Assembly (NCBI GenBank): GCA_963668315.1 | Contig: OY764216.1 | Location: 3,232,001 to 3,296,000, forward strand | Length of the DNA: 64,000 nucleotides | Source: Spirochaetia bacterium | GTDB taxonomy: Bacteria > Spirochaetota > Spirochaetia > DSM-2461 | Direction: 5' to 3' | In this document: positions 18,434 through 29,434 of the stretch, piece after piece | How the letters are laid out: each line of letters opens with the position of its first letter | Numbering within the stretch: the stretch's first letter is position 1 | Position numbers and translations under genes: made by a program | The notes under the pieces: generated by a model | Databases searched by the model: none | What the model was told of the DNA's origin: nothing | Seen by the model: the letters and a program-made list of their open reading frames with translations, nothing else

Positions 18434-20623
18434 TCACTCCTCATAGGCGGGAAGGTAAACCTTAAAAACAGAACCTTTCCCCGCCGTGCTGTCTACTCTG
18501 ATAGATCCTTCCTCCTCTTCCACAATACTGTGTACCAGAGCCAGTCCGAGTCCCGTACCCGTTCCCATCTCCTTGGTCGTGTAATAGGGATCGAAAAGGA
18601 GTTGTATATTCTCTTTTGGTATGCCTATGCCCTGATCCTCCACTTCCAGAAGCCGGTATTTCCCCAGAGACAGCCCCTTGAACTCTTTGTAATTCTGGTA
18701 ATTGATATGGAAGGGGTTTATCCTGATCGTCAGGCATCCCCCCGAGCTTTCCATCGCCTGCAGCCCATTGGAAATCAGGTTTTGTATTATCTGAGACACT
18801 TCGGCGGAATTGGCCCATATCTTACCGCTGCAGCTGAACTCTTTCTTTATTTTGATATTGTCCGGTAGGATGGCCGCTTTCTCTTCCAGGCACTGCTGTA
18901 CGAGGTCCGCCATCAGGAGAACCTGGCGTTTTTTATCCCTGTTCCGTGAATAGGTGAGGATTTTGCCGGTTAGATCCTTTGCTTTTACGGCCGATTGGAA
19001 AATCATGTCAAGCGAGTGTTTGCGGGTTTCTTCATCCAGGTCATTCATCATTAAAAGATCATAATAACCGATAATTCCGGTGAGGAGATTATTGAAATCG
19101 TGAGCAATTCCCCCGGCCAGAAATCCCAGAGCATTCATTTTCTCCCGCTGAATAAGCTCCCGTCGGAGGCGGGACTTATCGGAAATATCGTGAATGGCGC
19201 TCAGAAGGTATCTTTTTCCGTTGAGCTTGATATTCCCGGAAAAAACTTCCACATCCCTGATGGAGCCGTCCTTGAGCTGGTGGCGGAACTGGAAATAGTT
19301 CCGTTTTTCCCGTGACGCCCGGCTCATTTCCCGGTTTATCTGACTTTGATTCAGCTGATTTATGTCAAATATGGTAAGGGACAGAATTTCCTCTTCCGTG
19401 TATCCGTAAAATGAAAGGGCGGCTTTATTGGCATCAATAATCTGTCCGTCCTCCGGGTATATCAGAAGCATGATCACCGGATTCTTTCTGAAAAGCTCTT
19501 CGAAACGGTTACGGCTCTCTTCGAGAGATTTATTCGCGGCCTTCAGTTTGATATTAAGTCTGTGATAGAGCAACAGCATAAAGAGAAGTATGATGATGGC
19601 TCCGGAAAGGAGGGCGAGGACTCTGATGAAACGGGTATTGACCGGAGAGTTGATCAGGGAAGAACCCTCGGGAAGACTTCCTTTTCTTATCTCCCATTTC
19701 TTGAGTTCCCGCCAGTCGAAAAGGTAATGGTTGGGGCTTTTATTTTCCACGGGAATATTTCCGGGAGATTCTCCTTTCAGGATGCGGCGGGCAAGTTTTC
19801 CCGCTTCCAGGCCCTGAACACGGTGATCCACAATATAGCCGCCCAGTACTCCTTCGCCGAATCCGTGGGCCCAGAGATGATAGACTGGACCCTGGGCATT
19901 ACGGTAAATCCTGTCAAAGCATTCAGAAAAACCCAGCCTGTTTCCGGAGCAGTCGAGAAAGGCCGAGAGGAGAAGAAGGGGGACTCCCCGGTCCTGACTG
20001 CTTAAGAATGCTTCCATCTCTTCAAAGGTATGGAGGGAGAGATCGAATTCCACAATATCGAAGAGGCGGTTTTTTTCCAGTGCTCGGGAAAAATTCAAGT
20101 AGTCCGCTTTGCTGCTGGGAGTGGCATCATAGATAACTATGATTTTATCCGAAGCGGGAAACTGGGAATGGATCAGTTCAATATTCTTATCAAAAGAAAC
20201 AAATTCCAGGATTCCGGTGGATAGGGGATTGCTGTTTTCGGCCAGACCGGCATCAATATCATTGACCCCGAGAAAGACCCAGGGCAGGGAAGGAAAAAGT
20301 TCCTCTCCGTAATCCTTCATGAAATGGAAAGCGTTGTCATCGGCGGTAATGACGAGATCATAGGGGGGAAGATGTTTCAGTTTTTCAGAAAGATAGGTAT
20401 GGAAAACCGTGATATTCTCACTCACGCCCAACCTTTTCGTATCCATGAATTCCTCATCGAGCTCCAGTTCGTCCTTTGGGAAGGCCGACTGAATCCCCTC
20501 CAGCTGACTGTGGTATGTGGAATACGCCGGATGATAGGAACTGAGAAAAAGGACATGGTAACTCTGGGGAAAAAGACATTGAGAAGTGAGAAGCAGGGCG
20601 ACGAATAGCTTTCTTCCGATCAT
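18434..20623 (-). CDS. Membrane sensor histidine kinase (ABC substrate-binding-like sensor, PAS, HisKA, HATPase)
   Basis: AGGIAHDFNN H-box, N box, DQGIG and GTGLGL motifs. Confidence 0.9.
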   Translation of the reverse strand: MIGRKLFVALLLTSQCLFPQSYHVLFLSSYHPAYSTYHSQLEGIQSAFPKDELELDEEFMDTKRLGVSENITVFHTYLSEKLKHLPPYDLVITADDNAFHFMKDYGEELFPSLPWVFLGVNDIDAGLAENSNPLSTGILEFVSFDKNIELIHSQFPASDKIIVIYDATPSSKADYLNFSRALEKNRLFDIVEFDLSLHTFEEMEAFLSSQDRGVPLLLLSAFLDCSGNRLGFSECFDRIYRNAQGPVYHLWAHGFGEGVLGGYIVDHRVQGLEAGKLARRILKGESPGNIPVENKSPNHYLFDWRELKKWEIRKGSLPEGSSLINSPVNTRFIRVLALLSGAIIILLFMLLLYHRLNIKLKAANKSLEESRNRFEELFRKNPVIMLLIYPEDGQIIDANKAALSFYGYTEEEILSLTIFDINQLNQSQINREMSRASREKRNYFQFRHQLKDGSIRDVEVFSGNIKLNGKRYLLSAIHDISDKSRLRRELIQREKMNALGFLAGGIAHDFNNLLTGIIGYYDLLMMNDLDEETRKHSLDMIFQSAVKAKDLTGKILTYSRNRDKKRQVLLMADLVQQCLEEKAAILPDNIKIKKEFSCSGKIWANSAEVSQIIQNLISNGLQAMESSGGCLTIRINPFHINYQNYKEFKGLSLGKYRLLEVEDQGIGIPKENIQLLFDPYYTTKEMGTGTGLGLALVHSIVEEEEGSIRVDSTAGKGSVFKVYLPAYEE

Positions 20624-20723
20624 TGTTATAATTATGACATAGGTTCATTCATTTTTCAAAAGATATTTTGTCTCGAAGGGCATTTCGCTCTGTTCCGGGG
20701 GACCCAAAAGGATAAAGAAAAAA

Positions 20724-20752
20724 TTGACCTTTAAAAAAACTTTCAGTATTTT
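20724..20752 (+). promoter_or_regulatory. Sigma70-type promoter directly abutting the clpB start (leaderless geometry)
   Basis: TTGACC-17 nt-TATTTT-6 nt-ATG; no SD. Confidence 0.55.
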
Positions 20753-20758
20753 ATTCCT

Positions 20759-23329
20759 ATGTACGACAGATTAACGATTAAAGCGCAGGAATCCATTGAA
20801 GGAGCCAGCCAGGTCGCAAGAAAATACAACCATTCTCAGATCGAGCCGGAACATATTCTTTCGGCTCTGGTGAATCAGAAGGAAGGGGTCATTCCCCCTC
20901 TGCTCAATCGTTTAGGCGTTGAGCTTCCCCTTTTGCAGCAGGAGCTGGAGAAGGTTTTCAACGGAAAAAGCCGCGCCTATGGAGATACGATGCAGACCTC
21001 ACTGGCCCCGTCATCCTTTCAGGTTCTCCAGAGGGCGGAGAAGAAAGCGGATAAGCTCAAGGACGATTACGTATCAACGGAACATCTTCTTATGGCCATG
21101 CTGGAGGGCGGTGATAAGACGGCAGACCTTTTGAAAGCCCAGGGTGTAACGGAAGACGGTATCATGCAGGCCCTCAGGTCTATCCGGGGGACGGAAAGGG
21201 TTACCGACCAGAATCCCGAAGAAAAGTATCAGGCCCTGGAGAAATACTGCCGCGACCTGACCCAGCTGGCCCGTCAGGAAAAGCTGGATCCCGTTATCGG
21301 ACGGGATGAGGAGATCCGGCGCGTCATGCAGGTCCTTTCCAGACGTACGAAAAACAATCCCGTCCTCATCGGGGAACCGGGCGTGGGAAAAACCGCCATC
21401 GCCGAAGGACTGGCCCGCCGTGTGGTTTCCGGCGATGTTCCCGATTCTCTCAAGGGAAAAAAAGTCATGGCCCTTGACCTGGGCGCCCTTGTGGCGGGGG
21501 CAAAATTCCGCGGCGAATTCGAGGAGAGGCTTAAATCGGTTATTAAAGCCGTATCCGAATCGGACGGGCAGATCATTCTCTTTATTGACGAGCTTCATAC
21601 GTTGATGGGCGCCGGAGCCGCCGAAGGTTCCACCGACGCTTCCAATCTCCTGAAGCCGGCCCTGGCGCGGGGAGAGCTGAGGACCATTGGCGCCACCACC
21701 CTGGATGAATACCGGAAGCATATTGAATCGGACCCCGCCTTTGAACGCCGTTTCCAGCAGGTTTATACGGCAGAACCGTCGGTGGAAGATTCCATCACGA
21801 TTCTGCGGGGTATCAAAGACCGCTACGAGGTTCACCATGGTGTCCGTATCAGGGATGACGCCCTGATCTCAGCCGCCGTACTGTCCAACCGCTATATCAC
21901 GAACCGTTTTCTTCCCGATAAGGCTATCGATCTGGTCGATGAGGCGGCCAGCCGTCTTAAGATGGAGATCGAAAGCCAGCCCGTCGCCCTGGACAGGCTG
22001 GAAAGAAAGATCCTGCAGATACAGATTGAGAAGCAGTCCCTCTCCAGAGAGACCGACAAGGCCAGCCTGGATCGCCTGGAAAATATCAACAGGGAACTGG
22101 CTAACCTGACATCCGAAGCGGACTCCTTAAGGCTCCAGTGGCAGAACGAGAAGGGCGTTATTGAACAAATCCGTTCTCTAAAGCAGGAGATCGAGGATCT
22201 GAAAGGACAGGAAGCCATGTTTGAAAGGGAGGGAAATCTCCAGGGCGCCGCTGAGATCAAACATGGAAGGCTGCCGCAGGCGCAGATCAAACTGGAAGAG
22301 AAGTCCCGCGAGCTGGAAAGGATACAGGGAGAGCAGAGCCTGCTTCGGGAAGAAGTGGGTGAAGAGGATATCGCCCGCGTCGTATCCATGTGGACCGGTA
22401 TCCCCGTGGAAAAAATGATGGCCTCCGAAAGGGAGAAATATCTGAAGCTTGAGGATATACTGGAAAAACGTGTCATCGGGCAGAACCGGGCGGTAGAGGC
22501 CGTTTCCGACGCTATCCGCCGGAATAGGAGCGGGCTGGCCGATCCGGACAGACCCCTGGGCTCCTTCCTGTTCCTCGGCCCTACGGGTGTGGGAAAAACC
22601 GAGCTGGCCAAAACACTGGCGGAGTTCCTTTTTAACGAAGAAAAAGCCCTGACGCGGATCGACATGAGCGAATATATGGAGAAGCATGCCGTCAGCCGGC
22701 TTGTGGGAGCGCCTCCGGGATACGTGGGCTATGACCAGGGCGGTCAGCTTACCGAAGCCGTCAGGAGACGGCCCTATTCGGTCGTCCTTTTCGACGAAGT
22801 GGAGAAAGCCCATCCCGATGTTTTCAATATTCTCCTGCAGGTACTCGATGACGGCAGGTTGACGGACGGGCAGGGACGGGTTGTTGATTTCCGACAGGCC
22901 ATCATTATCATGACAAGCAATCTGGGAAGCGATCTGATTCTCACCATGGGAGACAGGCCCGATGAACTGGCTTCTGAACTGGATAAGATCATGAAAACCG
23001 CTTTTCGTCCCGAGTTTCTGAACCGTATTGACGAGAGGGTCATCTTCAACCAGCTCAAACAGGATAATCTCTTCGGTATCGTCGATATTCTCACGGGGCA
23101 GATAGCGGGACGACTCAAGGAGCAGAAAATGACACTGGTCATGACCGATGAGGCCCGTTCCTATCTGGTGAAAGTGGGTTATGATCCCCTTTTCGGAGCC
23201 AGGCCTCTGAGGAGGACCCTGCAGAATCTTGTCCAGAATCCCCTTTCCAAGGAGATCCTCTCGGGCCGGTACAGCGAAGGCGACCGTATAACCGTGGATG
23301 CCGATGACAGCGGTATAAAGTTCAGATAA
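20759..23329 (+). CDS. clpB: ATP-dependent chaperone ClpB
   Basis: Two AAA+ modules ([16 protein letters not shown]), long coiled-coil M domain, GAPPGYVGY. Confidence 0.97.
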   Translation: MYDRLTIKAQESIEGASQVARKYNHSQIEPEHILSALVNQKEGVIPPLLNRLGVELPLLQQELEKVFNGKSRAYGDTMQTSLAPSSFQVLQRAEKKADKLKDDYVSTEHLLMAMLEGGDKTADLLKAQGVTEDGIMQALRSIRGTERVTDQNPEEKYQALEKYCRDLTQLARQEKLDPVIGRDEEIRRVMQVLSRRTKNNPVLIGEPGVGKTAIAEGLARRVVSGDVPDSLKGKKVMALDLGALVAGAKFRGEFEERLKSVIKAVSESDGQIILFIDELHTLMGAGAAEGSTDASNLLKPALARGELRTIGATTLDEYRKHIESDPAFERRFQQVYTAEPSVEDSITILRGIKDRYEVHHGVRIRDDALISAAVLSNRYITNRFLPDKAIDLVDEAASRLKMEIESQPVALDRLERKILQIQIEKQSLSRETDKASLDRLENINRELANLTSEADSLRLQWQNEKGVIEQIRSLKQEIEDLKGQEAMFEREGNLQGAAEIKHGRLPQAQIKLEEKSRELERIQGEQSLLREEVGEEDIARVVSMWTGIPVEKMMASEREKYLKLEDILEKRVIGQNRAVEAVSDAIRRNRSGLADPDRPLGSFLFLGPTGVGKTELAKTLAEFLFNEEKALTRIDMSEYMEKHAVSRLVGAPPGYVGYDQGGQLTEAVRRRPYSVVLFDEVEKAHPDVFNILLQVLDDGRLTDGQGRVVDFRQAIIIMTSNLGSDLILTMGDRPDELASELDKIMKTAFRPEFLNRIDERVIFNQLKQDNLFGIVDILTGQIAGRLKEQKMTLVMTDEARSYLVKVGYDPLFGARPLRRTLQNLVQNPLSKEILSGRYSEGDRITVDADDSGIKFR

Positions 23330-23339
23330 GTCTTGCGGT

Positions 23340-23366
23340 AAGGTGCTCCGGTGAGGGCGCCTTTTT
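23340..23366 (+). terminator. Intrinsic terminator after clpB
   Basis: AAGGTGCTC/GGGCGCCTT stem (with G-U pairs) plus T run. Confidence 0.6.
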
Positions 23367-23394
23367 CATGATGCTATCATATCAGGAGAAATGA

Positions 23395-23601
23395 ATGGAT
23401 AATAACTGGAAATGCCCCAAATGCGGCAATATGTCCTTTGAGACGGATCAGTTCGCTGCCACGGGCAGGGGATTCGCTAAGATTTTCGACGTGCAGAACA
23501 AGGCTTTTACCACCGTTTCCTGCACTCGCTGCCGTTTTACCGAGCTCTATAAGGCGGAAACCAGTGCTCTGGGAAATCTGTTCGATTTCTTCACTTCCTG
23601 A
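23395..23601 (+). CDS. Small Zn-ribbon protein (DUF2082-like)
   Basis: CPKC...CTRC, FDVQNK and TELY motifs; AGGAG SD. Confidence 0.85.
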   Translation: MDNNWKCPKCGNMSFETDQFAATGRGFAKIFDVQNKAFTTVSCTRCRFTELYKAETSALGNLFDFFTS

Positions 23602-23723
23602 GAAATTCCTCCTCTTTTCCCTGTAAAAATATCCTCAGGCCTTTTGGCTGTGCTTGAAATTTTGCTATAATGTCTTTAAAATACTTTTATTTTCTGTAAA
23701 ATTGTTAAAGAGAGGATAGTGCA

Positions 23724-25058
23724 ATGGTTATTTTAACCCTGAACTGTGGCAGTTCATCTGCCAAATATCAGGTATACGATTGGGACAAACAGGAAGTTCT
23801 GGGAGTGGGACTGATCGAAAGAATCGGTCAGCCCATGTCCAATCTCGAGCATAAGACAAAAGGCAAGGATGAGTACGAAGCGGAAAAATCCTGCCCCACC
23901 CATAAAGAAGCCATTGAATGGGTGATCGATACTCTGGTGAATCCTGAATACGGATGTATTGCCGATCTGAGCGAAGTTAAAGCCGTTGGTCACCGGGTCC
24001 TTCACGGTGGTGAGAAATTCAAGAAGTCCGTTATTATAGACGACGACGTCCTGGAAACATTCAAGAGCCTCTATCATCTGGGGCCCCTCCACATGCCTCC
24101 CAATGTCATGGGTATCGAAGCGGCCCAGGCTGTCCTTCCCCAGGTTCCCCACTGTGCCGTCATGGACACCGCCTGGCACCAGACCATGCCCGCTTTCAGC
24201 TATATGTACGCCCTGCCTTACGAATGGTATGAAAAGTACGATGTCAGACGGTATGGTTTCCATGGTTCCAGCTATGTTTATACATCCAAGAGAGCCTCCG
24301 TTCTTCTCGGCAAGGAACCCAAAGATACCAATGTTGTGATCTGCCATATCGGAAACGGATCATCCATCTGTGCCGTAAAAGACGGATGCTGCTACGATAC
24401 GTCCATGGGTATGACCCCTCTGGAAGGACTTATCATGGGGACACGGTGCGGCGATATCGATCCCGCTATCATTCCCTACATCATGGAAGTTACCGGCATG
24501 GGCGCCAAAGAGATCGATTCGGTCATGAATAAGAAGTCCGGAGTACTGGGCATTACCGAAAAATTCATCGACAGAAGGGACGTGTACAGCGGTTACCTGG
24601 AAGGGGACGAACGCTCCGTGCTGGCCCTTGAAATGGAAGCCTACCGGGTGAAAAAATACATCGGCAGCTACATGGCCGCCCTGGGACGGACCGACGCTAT
24701 CGTATTCACCGCCGGTGTGGGAGAGATGAATCCCGTTTACCGCCAGGAGATCCTCAAGGGCCTGGAGAGCATGGGCGTCAAGCTTGATCACAAAAAGAAC
24801 CACGCCAGCATTACCAGAAACGCCGAAACCTGCATCAGCGCCGATGATTCACCCATCAAGGTTTTCGTCATCCCCACCGATGAGGAACTTGTCATGACCG
24901 AGGATACCTATGCCCTCGTTCAGGGAACCTATGATGTTCATACGAATTTCACCTACTCCTTCCAGAGCAGGGATTATGTGAACAAAGCCCGTGTAGAAGC
25001 TCTGCCCGGAAATATCAAGAAAAATCCCGCCTTGGCAGATGTTGTCGTCAAACTCTGA
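23724..25058 (+). CDS. ackA: Acetate kinase
   Basis: [25 protein letters not shown] and FTAGVGE motifs. Confidence 0.96.
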   Translation: MVILTLNCGSSSAKYQVYDWDKQEVLGVGLIERIGQPMSNLEHKTKGKDEYEAEKSCPTHKEAIEWVIDTLVNPEYGCIADLSEVKAVGHRVLHGGEKFKKSVIIDDDVLETFKSLYHLGPLHMPPNVMGIEAAQAVLPQVPHCAVMDTAWHQTMPAFSYMYALPYEWYEKYDVRRYGFHGSSYVYTSKRASVLLGKEPKDTNVVICHIGNGSSICAVKDGCCYDTSMGMTPLEGLIMGTRCGDIDPAIIPYIMEVTGMGAKEIDSVMNKKSGVLGITEKFIDRRDVYSGYLEGDERSVLALEMEAYRVKKYIGSYMAALGRTDAIVFTAGVGEMNPVYRQEILKGLESMGVKLDHKKNHASITRNAETCISADDSPIKVFVIPTDEELVMTEDTYALVQGTYDVHTNFTYSFQSRDYVNKARVEALPGNIKKNPALADVVVKL

Positions 25059-25921
25059 TGAACAGTAGAGGACGGTCCCGATTTGTTCTGTTTTTTTTAC
25101 TTGCCTTCGGGGCGGTTCACCTGCACAGCCAGACTTTCACCACCTGGAATGTCCGAATCCTCTCGAACAATTCCAGGGACGATTCCGAACTGGCCGAAAT
25201 AGCCCGGATCATTGAACGTTCCGATTTTATCGCCCTTCAGGAAGTCAGGGACAGCCGTGTTCTCGACAGGCTGATGGAAATGCTTCCGGGCTGGGATTAT
25301 GTTCTCAGTCTGCCCGTGGGGCGCGGAGTAAAGGAGTTTTACGCCTTTCTTTACCGCACCGGCGTATTTGAACTGCTGGGAGCCCCTTATACCCTGGCCG
25401 ATGGGGAGGATCTCTTCATCAGGGAGCCCTTCGTGGCTCATTTCCGTTCGGGTACCTTTGATTTTACGGTCATTACCATTCATTCCGTATACGGCGACGG
25501 TAAGGCGCCTAGACGGGCCGAAGCCGCCCTTCTCGACGATGTTATCGACTATGTCGACCGGGAAAATGGTCCGGAAGAGGATGTCATCCTTACCGGCGAT
25601 TTCAATCTTCCCTGTGACGACGAAGCATGGGAAATGGAGGGGGAACCCCTTGTCTCCCCCGATATGAAAACCACCATATCCGATGCCTCCAGCTATGATA
25701 ATATCTGGATAGGACCCGCCTCCATTGAAGTCATAAGAGAGGCTTCCGTTTATCATTTTGACGAGATTCTCTTCGGAAATGACGACAAGAGAGCCTCCCG
25801 GGAGGTTTCCGACCATCGCCCGGTCTCCGTGGAACTGAGGACGAATCTGCCCGATGACGATGAAGAGGGTAACTGGGATTATCCCCTTTCCCTCATCCCT
25901 TCCTGGTATCCCGAGCCGTGA
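25058..25921 (+). CDS. Secreted DNase I-like endonuclease/exonuclease/phosphatase
   Basis: Signal peptide; TWNV, LQEV, FIREP, GDFN, YDNI and SDHRPV motifs. Confidence 0.88.
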   Translation: MNSRGRSRFVLFFLLAFGAVHLHSQTFTTWNVRILSNNSRDDSELAEIARIIERSDFIALQEVRDSRVLDRLMEMLPGWDYVLSLPVGRGVKEFYAFLYRTGVFELLGAPYTLADGEDLFIREPFVAHFRSGTFDFTVITIHSVYGDGKAPRRAEAALLDDVIDYVDRENGPEEDVILTGDFNLPCDDEAWEMEGEPLVSPDMKTTISDASSYDNIWIGPASIEVIREASVYHFDEILFGNDDKRASREVSDHRPVSVELRTNLPDDDEEGNWDYPLSLIPSWYPEP

Positions 25922-26463
25922 AACCGGAAGATGTCATAGGCAGGTACAGGCAGTTTCTCGCCGATGTGGACAAAGAGTGCTTCCGGCTGTCACAGCTTTA
26001 TAGCCCTTTTCTGACATGCCGAAAAGGATGCGGGCACTGCTGCCTGTCTCTGACGCTTCTTCCTGTGGAATGGTACTCCCTATCCTGTGAAATTCCCGGC
26101 CTGAAGGATTGGACCCCGGAAAAGAACGGAGAAATATGTCCGTTCCTCCGGGAAAATCAATGCCTTCTATACGAGTTCCGGCCTCTCATATGCCGTACCC
26201 ACGGTCTCCCTCTGCTTTATCTGAATGAGGACGGTTCTGCATGGGAAATATCCTGGTGTGATCGGAACTTTCAGACTCTTGAGGAAGATCAAATGGAAGA
26301 TACATTCCAGACGGAAGATATTCTGAATATGGAAGACTGGAATGATCGATTATCCCGTCTGAATCGGGACTTTCTACACACTCCCCCAGGTCTTTCCTAT
26401 TCCCCGACCACAAGGCTGCCCATGGGCGCACTGACAGAAATGTATAAAGCAGGGGACCGGTAA
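25918..26463 (+). CDS. YkgJ-family cysteine-cluster (CxxxCxxCC) protein
   Basis: CRKGCGHCC, CPFL-x4-C-x2-Y-x2-RPLICRTHG. Confidence 0.85.
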   Translation: MKPEDVIGRYRQFLADVDKECFRLSQLYSPFLTCRKGCGHCCLSLTLLPVEWYSLSCEIPGLKDWTPEKNGEICPFLRENQCLLYEFRPLICRTHGLPLLYLNEDGSAWEISWCDRNFQTLEEDQMEDTFQTEDILNMEDWNDRLSRLNRDFLHTPPGLSYSPTTRLPMGALTEMYKAGDR

Positions 26464-27025
26464 TACTAATCCAGTCCGTGCCCATCAGCTGGGGAATTAT
26501 CATAATAAAGAGCCCCCAGATAAAGAGCAGTGTCCCTCCATGGAAAATATCGTTTAAACCTCTCCAGGCTCCGTCTTTCGTCAATCGGGGGCGTATCATC
26601 TCATAGACAAGAGACAAGGCGGCCAGAGCGAGTCCGGAAAGGGTAAAGGGAAGGGCACGGGAAACGGGGCGGGAGGTGAGATAGAGGGAGAAGGGGAGGA
26701 GAATGAGCCAGTTCAATGCGAAGAGCTTTGTCAGCCAGGGAACTAGGCTCATCTTTCGCGGTGGGTATATTTTTTTTCTGTAGATCTGAACCGCTTTTAG
26801 CAGGCTCCAGAAAGAGAGGGCGGTGCAGAGAACGATCTGTTCGCCGATAATGTAATATCCCGATGATTTAAGAAGGAGCGGTGCGGCGAGGGCGGTGGGA
26901 AGCAGAAATAAACCCAGGCTCCATTTGTCACGCTTAACGAATGAGAGTGATATTATAAGTACAGCCTGCAGGGCTCCCGGTAGAATTGTCGAATAAATCA
27001 GCGGTTTGTAAAGTAGGAAATTCAA
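26186..27025 (-). CDS. Hypothetical polytopic membrane protein (possibly degenerate DUF1295-like)
   Basis: Several hydrophobic segments; GAGGAG SD before the TTG start; the 3' end overlaps the convergent YkgJ gene by 278 nt. Confidence 0.5.
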   Translation of the reverse strand: MNFLLYKPLIYSTILPGALQAVLIISLSFVKRDKWSLGLFLLPTALAAPLLLKSSGYYIIGEQIVLCTALSFWSLLKAVQIYRKKIYPPRKMSLVPWLTKLFALNWLILLPFSLYLTSRPVSRALPFTLSGLALAALSLVYEMIRPRLTKDGAWRGLNDIFHGGTLLFIWGLFIMIIPQLMGTDWISITGPLLYTFLSVRPWAALWSGNRKDLGECVESPDSDGIIDHSSLPYSEYLPSGMYLPFDLPQESESSDHTRIFPMQNRPHSDKAEGDRGYGI

Positions 27026-27240
27026 AGCTTTCTCCTCTGTTTAATGTTAGGGATTCCCTGTTGCCAGGGTCTCTTTCCTAATTCTCGAAATAAAATACTC
27101 CTCTTCTGAGTCGAATCCCATGTGCGTTTCCTGTACTTTGCTTATGAAAAATGAAGAGGCGATGAAGGGTATGAAGAATCGGAATTTCCTCAATTATTTG
27201 CATTCCCTAAGAGCATAGAATAATATTTAGAGTAGGTTCT

Positions 27241-29427
27241 ATGGTTAATAAACGATCTGTTCTGTTACTATCTGTCTCTCTTCTGCTTTTGGTATCTGTA
27301 CTCCTCTTAAGCAAGGATCTGTACGAGGAGGCCGATTCTCCGGAAGGGGGAGATCTGATCCTATATCGGTACCGTCTTTCAGCATTGAAAGGGAATACGG
27401 AAGAGCTGCTTTACGCTATGAATTTATTCATGGCCCGTCCATCCGAGGCGGGGCGGGTTAGATTGAGCGAGATCCTCGAATCCGGGCTTATCCTCTCAGA
27501 GGAATTTCAGGCCCATACCGTGGATAGGGAGAAGGACTCAGATGAATGGCTCTATATCGGTACCAGGATCGATTTGTGGGGCAGAGTGACGTCCTGGGCG
27601 GAGAATTTCCAGGGAGGAGAATCTCCCGTCTTTGGTGAGCTGCTTGCTGAAGTGACAGAAATGGGTATGAGGGAGAATGGTCTGCTGGAAAAAACAGCAG
27701 GAGTCATGGAGAATATCCTGAGGGAGCGTAAATCCTCTCTGAAAAGGAAATATACAGCCCTGAAGCTCACCGTTATATTCACCCAGTTCTTTCTTGTCAT
27801 TCTGTTCCTTCTCGGTACTAAGAACAAATTAATCAATCGGAAACTCATGGTGAGTGAAAAACGATTCCGCATGATTTTTGATGAGTCCTATCATTTTATC
27901 GGTATTCTTGATGAAAGGGGCATTATCAGAGATGTCAATAAAACGGCTCTGGAACTCTTCGGACTGGAAAAGACGGCCATAATGGGAAAACCCCTGATTG
28001 ACACTTTTTGGTGGGATCATTTCGAGGAATCGAAAAAAACTATGGTCACAGCCCTCGAACTGGCCGGAAACGGCAAGACCTCCCTCTTTGAAGCAATCCA
28101 TACGGATAGTGCGGGAAACCCCATTTATGTAGACGTAGCGGTGAAACCCGTAATGACGGGGGGCGTGAATTCCGTTGAGCAGATAATCATAGAAGGGATG
28201 GATATCACCCGCCGGAAAATGACAGAGGAACGGTTGGCGCAACTGAGAAATTTTCTCAAGGATATATTCAATTCTATGCCCACCCGTCTTCTTGTTGTTG
28301 ATAAGAGTTTACGCCTGACGCTGGTGAACAGCAAAGCCCTGGATGATCTGGGATTGAGCCTGGAGGATGTTACGGAAAGGAGAGTCGGTGATGTGTATGA
28401 ATTCCTCAACGTCTATGAGGATGTTATCCTTGACTGTATAAGCTCCGGTGAATCCAGGAGTCTGAATAAACAGAAATGTAGGGAGAGGGGGAATATCAGG
28501 TATAATAATATTACGGTTTTCCCCCTGGACGGAGAGGAGTATGAGGGAGCCGCCATCAGTATTGAGGATATTACGGATAGCCGGAGAATCGAGGATCTCA
28601 TGATCCAGAGTGAGAAGATGATTTCCGTGGGAGGTCTGGCGGCAGGGATGGCCCATGAATTGAATAATCCACTGGCCGGCATGATTCAGACCGCCGAAGT
28701 GCTTCAGAATCGGCTCGGCGATCTTGACATCCCGGCGAATAAAAAAACGGCCGAAAAGAACGGAATAGATATCGCAAAGCTCAGGAAATATATGGAGGAC
28801 AGGCAGATTCTTCCTATGCTTGCTTCCATCAGGGAAGCGGGCAGCCGGGCATCGGATATCATTGAAAACATGTTGACCTTTGTGAAGCGGGAAGGAAGCG
28901 CCGTATCAACCCATAATCTTCCTGACCTTCTTGACCAGACTCTGGAGCTGGCCCGAACGGATTATGACCTGAAGAACCTTTTTGACTTTGACGACGTGAC
29001 GATTATCAGGCAGATTGAAGAAAGAATCCCATCCATTCCCTGTGAAGGGGTAAAAATCCAGCAGGTGATACTCAGCATCATTAAAAACGGAGTGGAAGCC
29101 ATGTCCGATGACAGGAAAGCAAGGGAAAGGCAGGGGCTTCCAATGGTAGGATCACGCATGATATTCCGCATAAAATATGATGACAGGGAAAAAATGGTTA
29201 TATTGGAGATAGAAGACAACGGTCCCGGGATGAAGGAAAGTGTAAGAAAAAGAGTGTTTGAACCCTTTTATACCACCAAGAGTATCGGCAAGGGAACGGG
29301 GCTTGGATTATCCGTTTCTTTTTTTATCATCCACGAGAATCACCGGGGTTCTTTAAGCGTCGAATCGGAAGAAGGGATGGGGGCGAAATTTATAATTAAA
29401 TTGCCCGCTGACCGGCAGGATACATAA
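27241..29427 (+). CDS. Membrane PAS-PAS sensor histidine kinase
   Basis: Two TM segments, two PAS domains, AAGMAHELNNP, DNGPG and GTGLGL motifs. Confidence 0.9.
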   Translation: MVNKRSVLLLSVSLLLLVSVLLLSKDLYEEADSPEGGDLILYRYRLSALKGNTEELLYAMNLFMARPSEAGRVRLSEILESGLILSEEFQAHTVDREKDSDEWLYIGTRIDLWGRVTSWAENFQGGESPVFGELLAEVTEMGMRENGLLEKTAGVMENILRERKSSLKRKYTALKLTVIFTQFFLVILFLLGTKNKLINRKLMVSEKRFRMIFDESYHFIGILDERGIIRDVNKTALELFGLEKTAIMGKPLIDTFWWDHFEESKKTMVTALELAGNGKTSLFEAIHTDSAGNPIYVDVAVKPVMTGGVNSVEQIIIEGMDITRRKMTEERLAQLRNFLKDIFNSMPTRLLVVDKSLRLTLVNSKALDDLGLSLEDVTERRVGDVYEFLNVYEDVILDCISSGESRSLNKQKCRERGNIRYNNITVFPLDGEEYEGAAISIEDITDSRRIEDLMIQSEKMISVGGLAAGMAHELNNPLAGMIQTAEVLQNRLGDLDIPANKKTAEKNGIDIAKLRKYMEDRQILPMLASIREAGSRASDIIENMLTFVKREGSAVSTHNLPDLLDQTLELARTDYDLKNLFDFDDVTIIRQIEERIPSIPCEGVKIQQVILSIIKNGVEAMSDDRKARERQGLPMVGSRMIFRIKYDDREKMVILEIEDNGPGMKESVRKRVFEPFYTTKSIGKGTGLGLSVSFFIIHENHRGSLSVESEEGMGAKFIIKLPADRQDT

Positions 29428-29434
29428 GAGAGGC

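Noticed and set aside
20640..20758. HrcA/CtsR heat-shock operator upstream of clpB
   Set aside because: No CIRCE or CtsR heptad repeat was found
27047..27193. Small minus-strand ORF (about 48 codons)
   Set aside because: No motif and no convincing support
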